In this document: positions 1-12,090 of the stretch, one piece after another
Numbering within the stretch: the stretch's first letter is position 1
Layout of the letters: each line of letters opens with the position of its first letter
NCBI RefSeq assembly: GCF_001194135.2
Contig: NC_068991.1
Span: 589,184-653,183 of the forward strand
DNA from: Octopus bimaculoides
Lineage: Eukaryota
DNA: 64,000 bases
Direction: 5' to 3'
Made by a program: the position numbers and the translations under genes
The notes under the pieces: generated by a model
The model's input: only the letters and a program-made list of their open reading frames with translations
What the model was told of the DNA's origin: nothing
Database searches by the model: none

Positions 1-78
1 GGAGGAAGAAAAAGAAGAGAGACAAACAAAATACCACCAAGCTGTTGGTATTTTATCACACACACACATATATATGTG

Positions 79-132
<54 letters not shown>

Positions 133-1255
133 ACGACCATATCAATGTTGATTGAAGGACTTGCAGCAAAGACAGTTTCGAATGCAGTTGGGAAAAAGTC
201 TGCTGATTTGGTTAAAAGCAGATTTGAGAAACAAGCTCACAGCCTAATGTCACAGAGACGAAGAATAAGGGAGAAATGAATAAATCAACAAGCTTCAATA
301 AATATTTCCCCTAAAATATATCTCAACAAGGAATAAACCTCACGATAAAAAATTCCTCTTTCCTACATCTTCCACGTCTACATACACATTATATATGCAA
401 GTGTATGTATATGTGTGTATATATATATATATATAAGTGAATGTTTATATTTATACATAACATGACGTGTTAATAAAATGGTGTAATTACCTTCTTTTTG
501 CCAGGATGAAGTGTCCAAAGTGATTTCCCATTTAAAACACTGACAGGTTCACCAACATCGTAATTGAAATCCTTGACTGGGTCTCTAGAGAAGAAGGACC
601 ACATCGTGGCAGAGGATTGAAACCTCGACTGTCAAATAATCAGCCGCGTGTCACTTTGGTTGGCCACCGGAAAACGGTGTTGTTGTCGACACTAAAATAA
701 TAACCCCGGTCTTTCTAATCTGGATTTGATACGTCAACTTTTGCAATTGATACTTGTTATAAAATCAGAATCATATGATACCAAAAATATACGATACCAT
801 TCTTATGAAACCTTCGAAATAAATTCTGAGAATTTCCTTATTTCAGTCGACTGATTTTTCTACAAGTATGTAGAATATCAGGAAATGTAAGGGAAATAAT
901 TCTCCATTGTAGGAAGCAAATTAAGAAATAATTATTTAATTGTTTTTTGAAATATTTCGTTTACTCTTCTAAAATTCTAAATTTATTTCGTTTTCTAATT
1001 AATATTTCTGCTAAGGTTTAGGAATAAGTTTATTGTAATATATATCTAAAACATGATTCATGTTTGTTAATTAAAAATGAGGAATGGAAATGACGAAATG
1101 AAAGGTACTAATTGCTGGAATAATTTAACGTAATAAGAAAACAATATCTTGTAATTTGATAGTATTTTATTTATAAAATACTCCAGCTCTTAAAATCTTC
1201 TCTCTGTATAATAAATTTTCTAAAGTATCTATTAATATTTTTTTTCTTTCTGCAG

Positions 1256-1302
1256 ATAACTAAAATGAGAATAAAAATATGAAATAAATTATATTGAAAC
1301 AG
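1256..1302 (+). other. candidate 5'UTR micro-exon of the KCTD3-like gene
   Basis: Polypyrimidine tract + TGCAG acceptor ending at 1255 and AG|GTGAAT donor at 1303. A second acceptor (TTCACTTGCAG) ends at 1397, 88 nt before the ATG. No transcript evidence. Confidence 0.45.
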
Positions 1303-1485
1303 GTGAATGATAACATTAACAAGTCATGTATAATTTTCTTTAATATCTTATAGATTTATTTAAAAAAAATTATTGTATTGGTTTTATTCACTTGCAGGTA
1401 GTTTGTTAATTCTCTAATTAACATTTCCGCGAGCGAAATTCGAAACGAATGTAATTCCGCAATTTCGATTCACTCTTCCACAGCA

Positions 1486-3654
1486 ATGGCAGAGAGTAAA
1501 GAGCCAGAAGTGAGTGGAGAAGTTATGTCATCTGAAATAATCAATTTAAATGTTGGTGGGCGACGATTTTCAACTTCAAGACAGACTTTAACGTGGGTAC
1601 CAGATTCTTTCTTTACCAGTCTTCTCAGTGGAAGGATATCGAGCCTAAAAGACGAAACTGGGGCTATTTTCATCGACCGAGATCCGAAATTATTTTCCAT
1701 CATTCTACGATTTTTGCGAACCAAAGAAATAAGTTTAAAACATGTCGATATCTCAACACTTCGACACGAAGCGGAATTCTACGGTATTATGCCTTTAATT
1801 CGTCGTTTAGTGCTTTGTGAAGATCTTGATCACCCAACTTGTGGCGGTGTGTTGTTTCACAGCTATCTTTCTCCACCAACTCCTCCGCAACCAGAATCCA
1901 TGGACGGAGGTCAGTCTCATTCTCTTGTTAGTCTAATTGAATCTGAACTATGTCGACCTGGTGTGGCTCAGAGGGTTGATGCTGGTGCCAGTAACGAAAG
2001 CAGCAGCCCACAACAACAACAACTACATACCCATTCCCGAAATTCTTCAGTCGATCTTTGCCACACGCATTCCAGACAACCTTCCATGGAACTTCGACCT
2101 AACGCTGTGTCACGCAATTCTTGTGGTGACATTCGTCATTCTCGGAAGTCTTCTTGGGATTTAAGAGGTAACAAATTCGATTCCAATCGTATGCCTGTCC
2201 AATCTATGCGAGTGACTATGATACGTGGCCACCACAACTGGATCTGTATTGCTTATTTACATTTTATCTCTTGTTTTCGTATGGATTCCACAGGTTGGCA
2301 CCTGATTTGGACCAGTTTCTACATGGAGAATCCAGTCGAAAGAGTTGCACTCAATGCCAAAGTAATCAATCCAAACCAGGATTTTGCTAACAAAATGGTA
2401 GCTGCTTCAACTGGAAGCACGATTTGGTTGTGGTCTGTCACAGATGACGGTGACAGTAGAGAAATTGGAACATTTAATTTAAAAGTATCGGTAGATTCTT
2501 TGTTTTTCATTGGTAGCCAACTTGTGGCGCTGAGTCAAACAGGTAAAGTGGGAGTCTGGCATGCTATGACTCAACATTGGCAAATACAAGATGTGATACC
2601 GATCACAAGTTATGACACGGCTGGCTCTTTCTTACTTCTTGGTTGTAATAACGGATCAATTTATTATATTGATATGCAGAAATTTCCTCTTCGTATGAAG
2701 GATAATGATTTATTGGTGACTGAACTTTACAAAGACCCTAGCAATGATATGGTCACTGCTCTTAGCGTCTATCTAACCCCCAAAACTAACAGCCTCAGCG
2801 GTAATTGGATTGAAATTGCCTACGGCACAAGTTCTGGTACGGTGCGTGTTATTGTTCAACATCCAGAGACAGTGGGACATGAACCGCAACTTTTCCAAAC
2901 TTTCACAGTCCATCGAAGTCCTGTCACCAAAGTGATGTTGTCTGAGAATCACCTTGTTTCAGTTTGTTCTGAGTATAACCATGTAAGAACTTGGAGTGTC
3001 ACTCGCTTCAGAGGAATGATTTCAACTCAGCCTGGTTCCACTCCACTCGCATCTTTTAAAATTGTTTCACTTGATAGAATGGATAACCAGATGAGTTATC
3101 CTGGTGGACATGATTTCGATAAACTCCCCGGTCCTTTTGGCGAACAGGATGACAAACAGGTTTTTGTGCAGCGTGTTGTCCCTGATACAGATCAACTTTT
3201 CGTGCGTCTTTCTTCTACAGGTCGTAGAGTTTGTGTGATCAAATCAGTTGATGGCAGCCCTATCAGTTCATTTTGTGTGCATGAGTGTGATGGTTCTAAC
3301 AGAATGGGATCCAGACCCCGGCGTTATTTATTTACTGGACATACGAATGGTAGCATCCAAATGTGGGACCTGACCACCGCTATTGAAATGATGAAGAAAG
3401 ACCAGTGTGCCACAAGTGGTGGTCCTACACCCGCTGAACTTGTCTATATTCTTGACCAGTTTGATTTGAGTAATTCTCGGTCATCGACCCCCTGTATGAG
3501 TCCGTCTCCCTCTGTTATTGCACCCCATGGATTTCAACCCATGGCATGTCGACAAAGAGCTGAAACTTTTCCTTGTGATCAGCAACCTGAAGCAGGTTGT
3601 TCTGTTGATGTTGAAGATGATGATGATTTCGAAGCTGAAGTCTCATGTTTTTAA
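1486..3654 (+). CDS. KCTD3: BTB/POZ + WD40-like beta-propeller protein of the KCTD3/SHKBP1 family, single coding exon, 722 aa
   Basis: Uninterrupted ORF. The N-terminal T1-type BTB ([50 protein letters not shown]) and C-terminal motifs ([63 protein letters not shown]) are ones I recognise from KCTD3/SHKBP1. One ortholog is expected to stand for both vertebrate paralogs. Confidence 0.95.
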   Translation: MAESKEPEVSGEVMSSEIINLNVGGRRFSTSRQTLTWVPDSFFTSLLSGRISSLKDETGAIFIDRDPKLFSIILRFLRTKEISLKHVDISTLRHEAEFYGIMPLIRRLVLCEDLDHPTCGGVLFHSYLSPPTPPQPESMDGGQSHSLVSLIESELCRPGVAQRVDAGASNESSSPQQQQLHTHSRNSSVDLCHTHSRQPSMELRPNAVSRNSCGDIRHSRKSSWDLRGNKFDSNRMPVQSMRVTMIRGHHNWICIAYLHFISCFRMDSTGWHLIWTSFYMENPVERVALNAKVINPNQDFANKMVAASTGSTIWLWSVTDDGDSREIGTFNLKVSVDSLFFIGSQLVALSQTGKVGVWHAMTQHWQIQDVIPITSYDTAGSFLLLGCNNGSIYYIDMQKFPLRMKDNDLLVTELYKDPSNDMVTALSVYLTPKTNSLSGNWIEIAYGTSSGTVRVIVQHPETVGHEPQLFQTFTVHRSPVTKVMLSENHLVSVCSEYNHVRTWSVTRFRGMISTQPGSTPLASFKIVSLDRMDNQMSYPGGHDFDKLPGPFGEQDDKQVFVQRVVPDTDQLFVRLSSTGRRVCVIKSVDGSPISSFCVHECDGSNRMGSRPRRYLFTGHTNGSIQMWDLTTAIEMMKKDQCATSGGPTPAELVYILDQFDLSNSRSSTPCMSPSPSVIAPHGFQPMACRQRAETFPCDQQPEAGCSVDVEDDDDFEAEVSCF

Positions 3655-3873
3655 ATCTGACAGAATTGGTGCAACACCAGAGTAAAATAACTTTTTGTAT
3701 TACAAGTTCAAATCCTCCCAACTTAACTTTTGTCCCCTTCAGGTTGAAGCCAGCTTCAGTGAAATAAGAATCAATCAAGCTAGTCATTGCTTTAATGATC
3801 TACACTTTTTTTCCCAACAGTTTCTGGCCAATGGGAGAAAACTTTTATTATTATTATTATTATTTTTTTAGGT

Positions 3874-4348
3874 GTTTACCTTTCATCTTTTCTGGGTTGA
3901 TAAAATAAATACCAGTGGAACATTGAGGTTGATGTAATCGACTCATCCCCTCCCCCCAAAATTGCTGGCCTTGTGGCGAAATTTGAAGCCATTATTATTA
4001 TTATTATTATTATTATTATGGCAGTGAGCTGGCAGATTTGTTTGTATTGGTAAAAATGCTTTGCAGTAGTATTTGTTTCAGCACTTTGGAGTTCAAATCC
4101 TGCCAAAGTCAACTTCGTCTTTCATCCCTCCATCATCAAAACTGCTGGCCTTGGGCTTAAGTTAGAACCATTTATTATTATTATAGTGTTGGTAAAAATG
4201 CTTTGCAGTATTTCTTCTGAGTTCAAATCCTGCTGGGGGTAAACTTTGCCTTTAAACCCCCCCCAAGACTAATATTAAGTATTGGGAAGGATGGTCTCGA
4301 CTAAACTCCTCCCCTCAAAATTGTTGGCCTTGGGCCAAAATTAGAAAC

Positions 4349-4388
<40 letters not shown>

Positions 4389-4870
4389 GTTATTAAGGTA
4401 GTGAGCTGGCAGAATGGTTTTGGCACTAGACAAATTGCTAAGTGGTATTTCTTCTGACTCTTTATGTTCTAAGTTCAAATTCTGTCAAGGTTGATTTTGC
4501 CTCTCATCATTTGGGGGGGGGGGGGTGTCAGTAAAATAAAGTACCAGTTGACTACTGCGGTTGATGTAATCAACTAGTCCCTCTCCCAAAATTTCGGGCC
4601 CTGTGCCAAAATTAACAAACATTATTATTATTATTAAGTACGAGTGTTGATGTAATCCACCATTCTTGCTTCTCCCCTAAATCTTTGGTAAGAAATCATT
4701 CAGCAGAATTATTAGAGTCTTAGACAAAATGGGTGCAATTTGTTTTTAGCCCTTCACATTCTGACTTCAAATCTCTCCCTCATCAACTTTGCCTTTCATC
4801 ATTTCGGGGTTGATAAAATGAAATTCGCAAATTCCTGGCATTGTGCCTTTGGAAGAGATCCTTACAAAAC
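3874..4870 (+). mobile_element. head-to-tail cluster of about 5-6 decayed copies of a tRNA-type SINE (family A)
   Basis: Repeated blocks GTGAGCTGGCAGA...GAGTTCAAATCC...GATGTAATCGACT...GGCCTTG...GAAACC, each followed by (ATT)n. The same family occurs at about 10838-11020, 14935-15090, 45502-45717, 54198-54415 (+) and 38053-38235, 53815-53998 (-). Confidence 0.8.
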
Positions 4871-5314
4871 TATTATTATTATTAAGATTGAGATTATTGT
4901 TAATAACCTTGTTATTGTTGGTAGCCTCATGTTGATGAACAAATTTATTTTATTCTATGATGGATGCTAACAAACCAGCACCACAAGCTGGAATTCAGTC
5001 TTTCAATAACTGTAAAAAGAAAAAAGAAACAACTTAAAAAAAAAGAAAGAAAAACTATAGAAAAAAAAAACAAAAAAACAGAGAAGCTTACTGTTCATGT
5101 ATGGCTTCAGTGCTAATTCTTGGTATTTTTTTGAAAATTGGCAGAATTTTCAGGGAAAGGCTTCTCCCCGACCATATTGTTTTGAAACTCAATATTTATG
5201 TTGGATTATAAGAATATTTTCGTTTTTTAATTTTTGGTTTTCATTGAATTGTAATATCAGTTCCAGGCTTCTGTAAAGCAATGTGTCTTTGGAAATGGTT
5301 GAAATCTATTGTAA

Positions 5315-5380
<66 letters not shown>

Positions 5381-5742
5381 TTGTATGTATAGATAAATTT
5401 GATTGTATATAATGTAATGTGTGTGTGTGTGTGTACATAAATCTGTTGCTCTCTCTCTCTCTCTATATATATATATAGAGTCACTTGTGTAAAGTGGTTG
5501 GCACTAGAAAGGGCATCCAGCCAAAACAGGCAGTAGAGCTTGGTACAGTCTTCTGGCTTGCTGACGCCTGTCAAACCGTCCAACCCATGTCAGCATGGAA
5601 GATGGATATGAAATGATGGTGATGTATATAGTTTATTTTTACAAGGAAAATGCTGACAGTCTCATCAAAGTTTTGGTTTTACAGCCATCATACATACATG
5701 TGTATGTTTATAATATGTGTATAAACTTGTTTACACATGCAT

Positions 5743-5781
<39 letters not shown>

Positions 5782-7519
5782 TTCAGTTTTTTTATTTTTT
5801 ACTGTACTGAAAACATGATTTTATTCTACTTTTACATTTTTAATTTTGAGGTTTTTTCCTTATTTTTTTGTCTGAGTTACTTGTTGTTTATTTGGAACAG
5901 TAAACTTTTGAAATCCATCATTAACAGCAACATATGACAACATCACACGAACCTGAAGATGAGACTAGGAAAGTCTAAAAATATTGATGATGGATTTGAG
6001 AACTTTACTGTTTTTAGCAAACTATCTGAAACTCAGACGAAAATATGGAAAGGCCTTGGTAAAAACATCAAACTAGAATGCAGTCATGTTTTCCATATAA
6101 CACAGGTGTTTGTGTGTGTGTGTTCATATAAATATGTTGTTTGGTATGTATATATAATATAGAAATACATGTGCACACACGTGTATTTGTTTTTGTATAA
6201 ACTTGTTGATATTGAGGTGTATATAATCTCTCCTATATATGATTAGTGTGCATGGTAGCGTATCCAGTCCCACAAAAGGGGGTGGGTTTGCATAAATGGT
6301 AGTAACATATTTTCAGTGTAAATCACAGTCAAAGATTTTTGTCATTTGTGCCACCAGGGTTTACAAAATAGCTGAGAGGAATAGATCAATGGTTGAGATT
6401 CAGTTGATTGTACACAATATTAGAGAGAGAGAGAGGGAGAGATGTGTTCCATTTTACAAAATTGTGTTGGTATCAAGTTGATATTTGTTCTGTTGTTTTA
6501 CAGAATCCACTTCTGTTGACAAATGACTGTTTCTCACACACACACACACACACACACACACTATATTGAGTGTTAATCAATATAGTCATTCATATAAATG
6601 CTCTCAACTAATATATTGTCAGTATATATATACATATATNNNNNNNNNNNNNNNNNNNNNNNNNNNNNNNNNNNNNNNNNNNNNNNNNNNNNNNNNNNNN
6701 NNNNNNNNNNNNNNNNNNNNNNNNNNNNNNNNNNNNNNNNNNNNNNNNNNNNNNNNNNNNNNNNNNNNNNNNNNNNNNNNNNNNNNNNNNNNNNNNNNNN
6801 NNNNNNNNNNNNNNNNNNNNNNNNNNNNNNNNNNNNNNNNNNNNNNNNNNNNNNNNNNNNNNNNNNNNNNNNNNNNNNNNNNNNNNNNNNNNNNNNNNNN
6901 NNNNNNNNNNNNNNNNNNNNNNNNNNNNNNNNNNNNNNNNNNNNNNNNNNNNNNNNNNNNNNNNNNNNNNNNNNNNNNNNNNNNNNNNNNNNNNNNNNNN
7001 NNNNNNNNNNNNNNNNNNNNNNNNNNNNNNNNNNNNNNNNNNNNNNNNNNNNNNNNNNNNNNNNNNNNNNNNNNNNNNNNNNNNNNNNNNNNNNNNNNNN
7101 NNNNNNNNNNNNNNNNNNNNNNNNNNNNNNNNNNNNNNNNNNNNNNNNNNNNNNNNNNNNNNNNNNNNNNNNNNNNNNNNNNNNNNNNNNNNNNNNNNNN
7201 NNNNNNNNNNNNNNNNNNNNNNNNNNNNNNNNNNNNNNNNNNNNNNNNNNNNNNNNNNNNNNNNNNNNNNNNNNNNNNNNNNNNNNNNNNNNNNNNNNNN
7301 NNNNNNNNNNNNNNNNNNNNNNNNNNNNNNNNNNNNNNNNNNNNNNNNNNNNNNNNNNNNNNNNNNNNNNNNNNNNNNNNNNNNNNNNNNNNNNNNNNNN
7401 NNNNNNNNNNNNNNNNNNNNNNNNNNNNNNNNNNNNNNNNNNNNNNNNNNNNNNNNNNNNNNNNNNNNNNNNNNNNNNNNNNNNNNNNNNNNNNNNNNNN
7501 NNNNNNNNNNNNNNNNNNN

Positions 7520-7561
<42 letters not shown>

Positions 7562-8071
7562 TATGTGGGCACAGGATGTCACAAAATGTGTACAACAAAA
7601 TATATGAAGTACGAGTACATGGAATATGAACTTTTTTTTCGAACAATGAAAGACAAATGGAAAACAAGACAAACAACACAAAACAAAAAAAAACGACCCT
7701 TCTTCAGTTGTTGGCTGCTTTTGTACGCTTGTATTTCGAGCATTTAACAACACACACACACACACATATCATCATTGTCGTTTAACATCCGCTTTCCATG
7801 CTAGCATGGGTTCACCCAGATAGACGATACAAAGAAAACAAGGATGAGTCATTCGAAGAGAGCAATCTTGAGTATAATCAGCCGAAATTGCAAAGATAAT
7901 CTGGAACTCGACTGAGGAAAGAAAACTCCAAATGACCCATCTCTGTTTTCTTTGTATTGTCTATCTGGATGTTTTGTTGTCTCTTTCTTGTATCACCTAA
8001 CTGTCCGGATGTTTTGCATTCTTGTCCCATTTTGTATTTATATATGTATATATATATATATATATATTTAT

Positions 8072-8306
8072 ATCAAAAAATAAGCAACACGGATTTCAAA
8101 GGTGATTGCAGTACGCACGTTTCATGCTACTTCAATTTATTTAAGTAATGCGAGCATTACCTTAAATGCAATATGAAGAGCAATCTTCAGCTGCTTGCTC
8201 TTCATATTGCATTTAAGGTAATGCTCGCATTACTTAAATAAATTGAAGTAGCATGAAACGTGCGTACTGCAATCACCTTTGAAATCCGTGTTGCTTATTT
8301 TTTGAT
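8072..8306. repeat. perfect inverted repeat, 112-bp arms, 11-nt loop
   Basis: 8072-8183 is the exact reverse complement of 8195-8306, checked by reading. Confidence 0.92.
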
Positions 8307-8416
8307 TTTAATCACCTATCCTTTTGGGATGCGATATTCGGGTGCCTACGCATAAGTACCATATTCAAGCCTTGAATCTATATCTAAACCGTATATATAT
8401 TTATAGATATATATAC

Positions 8417-8570
8417 ATGACGGGCTTCTTTCAGTTTCTGTCTACATGATCCACTCATAAGGCTTTGGTTGGCCCGAGGCTATAGTAGAAGACACTCACC
8501 CAAGGTACCACACAGTGGGACTGAACCCAGAACCATGTGGTTGGGAAGCAAGCTTCTTATCACACAGCCA
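8417..8570 (-). mobile_element. tRNA-type SINE family B
   Basis: Reverse strand reads GGCTGTGTGATAAGAAGCTTGCTTCCCAACCACATGGTTCTGGGTTCAGTCCCACTG. Other copies lie at about 24455-24890, 41950-42290 (-) and 18100-18225 (+). Confidence 0.75.
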
Positions 8571-8989
8571 CGAATAATAATGCTGAACTTACTGTATACA
8601 GTGCTCAGGTGCACTACAACTCATAAGGAAAGGTGCGTGTGGAGTCCATAGAATAATACACAAAAAGTGAACAGTGAATGAGTGGTTAAAAAAAAGAAAA
8701 AATGGTGGAGGACAGTTGGCAAATTTCAGGAAGCATTGAAGTTTTGAAGGATGTAGCACCTTGACAGCTAACAACTGATGCAGGTAGTTTATTCCATGCT
8801 TCAGCAATTTTGAGCATCAAAAAATATTCCTGAAAGTTACGGTTGCTGTGCTGTTTTTTGATTTTGTGAGCATGAGTGTTCGACATATGGAATTCTATAT
8901 ACAGGGTATTCCAAAGAAAATGTGTATACGCACATCAACAGCTGATGATTTCTTTTTCGATTTAACCCATTAATAGCAATGAAGGTAGC

Positions 8990-9300
8990 CACATTAAACT
9001 TTGAATGAAGGAAACTTAAGTGCGACTGGAAGCTTGAAGATAAAATGCAAAGAAGACAGTTTAATTGGGCGTTTGAAGCTGTGCACCATGCAATCACTCG
9101 CATTGGAGATAAATTTGAAGCAGGTGGAACTATTCTGAATATCCACAAGAAATGGTTTGGAAGATTGCAGATATTGATGAACCTGACAGAGGAAGAAGGG
9201 GCACCAGAAACATATAGACAGACTTCAAGAAACTCTGTATGGTAAGCAGGCTGTGAGATGGGGTTGTTAAAATCAAGGGTCCATTGCATTTTGAAGTGCT
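8990..9300 (+). mobile_element. decayed Tc1/mariner transposase N-terminal (HTH) fragment
   Basis: AITRIGDKFEAGGTILNIHKKWFGR resembles the TI.RI..KFE.TG.V.D....SGRP pattern of Tc1/mariner N-termini; flanked by stops. Confidence 0.5.
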
Positions 9301-11812
9301 GTCATTGGAAAAGTTTCATTCCTTGAATAGTCCATGCTCTCAATGTGGATGATGTGAACTGAAGAGCATAACACTCTGAACATGATGAGCAAATATATTA
9401 TAGAAAGTACTGTAAACATCATTTGAGGATATATAAACATATCTATAAAGTTATTTAGATTTACAGAAGGCAAAAATATAAATTTGATTTACCTGTGGTT
9501 GAGGGCAAACGAACCTGTTGTGGTGGAGTCAGATTTAGAGGTGATAATGGTTCCTTATGGTTCAGTGAAACTTGTAAATGCTTCATTTGTCCATGTTTGT
9601 GAGGTGAGTGAAAAGCAACTGATTCAACCGATTCAGCAGTAGGTCATCAGTACCATCATCTTCATCAGACTTTACAGAATTGGTTTAAAGAGAGAATTTA
9701 GCTTCAATTATTTACTGATGGCTGCTTTCAGATAATGAATTTCCTTAACACCAACTACACCACACTGCACTCACCCCACTCCCAGCCTAAGTTGTGACAA
9801 TTACTCCAAATGTAGGGCCATACTGAGGATCTCAGTCAGCAAAAGATTATCCTTAACATTACTAGAACTACATTCCAAAGACTGGTCCTTCTCTGCAAGG
9901 CCAGAAAATATTTCAGCCCCCAACTCTACAAGGTTCAAACCAGGCCCACAAGGGAATACTACTTGTACACCCGAGAAGGTTCTGTTGCTGGACTACAATC
10001 AGAGAAGTGTCACTCAGCTGATTGATATTAGATATCTAACGGATGTATTCCAGCCTCTGGCTTTACAGGTGTGCTGTCTTCTCTCTCTACCTTTTCTGTG
10101 GTACTAGAATGGTTTCTGGTCCTGTTCCTCGTCCACCCAGTCCTCACTGCCAACCCACTCGTCTCTTCCTCTTATGTCCCCATCGTTGCATCCAGCATCA
10201 CCGTTTCAGCCCATTACTCCTTCCTTTGAACATCATTCCTCAGGAATCTTCTTCTGTCCCTGATGGTGTTGACCTGTAACCGTTTAAACAGCTTCAACCG
10301 CACAACTTTCGATGGAACTGCAAGGATCGTGGACGCTATCCCTTCTTCCAGATCGAGCAAGTAAAATAATAGCAAAAAAAGACAAAAGGATAGCGTTTAT
10401 TGCTTTAGTGGAAATGCGAAACTATTGCTATGAAAATATTTTAAGAGAGAAAGAGAATGAGGTAAAAGATTTTTCCTTGTGTAATATTTATCAAAAAACG
10501 ATAAAAACTGGGCGGATATTTCAATGAAGAGTAAATAGGTACGTAGGAAATAAAATGGTTTTTGAAATAGTTTTATTATATTTCTGATGAACAGAAGATT
10601 AACAAAATCAATAGAACATCACGGGTACCTCCCGATCGTTCCATTTAGTTTCTAACACGAATTGAAACAATGGTTAGTTGAGTTACCTCCCTTTACCTAC
10701 AAAGTTCAAATTTTGCTTTAATTAACTTTTCCTTCCATCGTTCTGCAGTCAATAATATTGCTTTAGTCATTTTTACCTCCTCATTATTCTATATTTAATT
10801 GTATACTATATTTGTTATTATTATAACAATTAATTGTAAGGCATCGAGCTGGCAGAGTCGTTACTGTGCCAGGCAAAATGCTAAGCGGCATTTCGCCTGC
10901 CTACGTTCTGAGTTCAAATTCCACCGAAGTTGATTTAACTTTTCATCCTTTCGAGGTTGCTAAAATAAGTAACACTGGGGTCGATCGGAATTGCTGGCCT
11001 CGTCTCAAAATTTGAAACCATTGTAATCCATCGTTTGCTGGAGATGTGTCACACTTTATTGGCATGTCAGACATATGGCAAAATGAATTCAGAAGACCCA
11101 GTCTTCGGAGACTTAACAATTAACAGATGTTTATTAATTATGTATACGTTCGTGTGTATTGTATATAACCACATACACACACATATAGGGTTGTACATAA
11201 ACATGTGTAACTTTAATACAAGACTAAAGGTCCAGCACTTTGTGTACGTGTAACTTTAGTACGAAACTAAAGCTATCCTGTTGTTACGTGGTTGTTAGTA
11301 ACAACAAAATGTCCAACTGGTTGCTGAGGAAGATAGAAAGAGTGACAGAATAAATAGAGAAAGAGAGCCAACGTTATTTACTCAACATATCTAAATGGTT
11401 ACATGTCATATATTGATTCACGACTCGCATCTCATGAAATAAGATTCTATTAAAGACTCTCACATCATGAAGTAAGTCACGCAACATTTACATGGCCCCT
11501 CCCCCACTATTATTTATTCTCTTCTAACTTTCTTCAGAATTGTATTCTTTATTGGCTTATCAAATTTTTAGACCGTTCCAGTCATGACCATCCCGTCTTT
11601 TTCCAGGTAATGTATATCTAGGACTACAATACTCAGTGTATCATTCATAACGTAAGTGAAAAATATTTAGTTTCAATCGGGAATCGAAACAATGATGCAG
11701 AGATCTTACTCTCTCATACTCCATCCCGTTTAATGCAACATTTGGTAATAAGTTAATTAGAGTTGTTCGAGAAATTAATTCATTTAACACAAGTGTTTGC
11801 GGTTAATGTTTG

Positions 11813-12070
11813 CTTTCGGAAAATTCACAAGATCCAATTTTTTCCCTCGTAACTTTTAGGAAAATGGATATCTTTTAATGAAATTTTATATAAATACCTT
11901 TCAAACGGCATAGATACCGATTTTAATTGTAATCTGTGTCGTTTGAAAGGTATTTATATAAAATTTTATGAAAAGATATCCATTTTCCTAAAAGTTACGA
12001 GGGAAAAAAATGGGTCAATTTGTTAATCTGAAAATTTACCAAAAATTGGATCTTGTGAATTTTCCGAAAG
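11813..12070. repeat. fold-back (MITE-like) inverted repeat with arms of about 100 bp
   Basis: CTTTCGGAAAATTCACAAGATCCAATTTTT...TTCAAACGGCATAGAT pairs with ATCTGTGTCGTTTGAAA...AAAAATTGGATCTTGTGAATTTTCCGAAAG. There are a few mismatches and a 30-35 nt insertion in the right arm. Confidence 0.85.
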
Positions 12071-12071
12071 T

Positions 12072-12090
12072 TCCCGCCCCGGTTCATTGG
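12072..12090 (+). promoter_or_regulatory. GC-box (CCCGCCCC) plus CCAAT-box (ATTGG), candidate BBS1 proximal promoter
   Basis: Both motifs are seen 120-140 bp upstream of the proposed BBS1 ATG; the TSS is unknown. Confidence 0.35.

Noticed and set aside
505-670. Possible additional 5'UTR exon of KCTD3
   Set aside because: It contains a reverse B-box-like GGATTGAAACC and looks like a decayed SINE; the donor is weak.
1470-1724. Antisense 84-aa ORF and other alternative-frame ORFs overlapping KCTD3
   Set aside because: They are shadows of a codon-biased real CDS, with no recognisable motif.
6566-7765. Long ORFs spanning N runs (also at about 33600, 35300, 39300, 46260, 52400 and 62900)
   Set aside because: These are artefacts of translating assembly gaps flanked by (TA)n/(CA)n; there is no real coding sequence.
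7905-7945. Another hammerhead (CTGAGGA..)
   Set aside because: There is no GAAA at the right spacing and no stem I pairing.
9490-10300. Possible minus-strand gene divergent from BBS1
   Set aside because: There are isolated donor-like sites, but all frames are interrupted by stops and no homology is recognisable.
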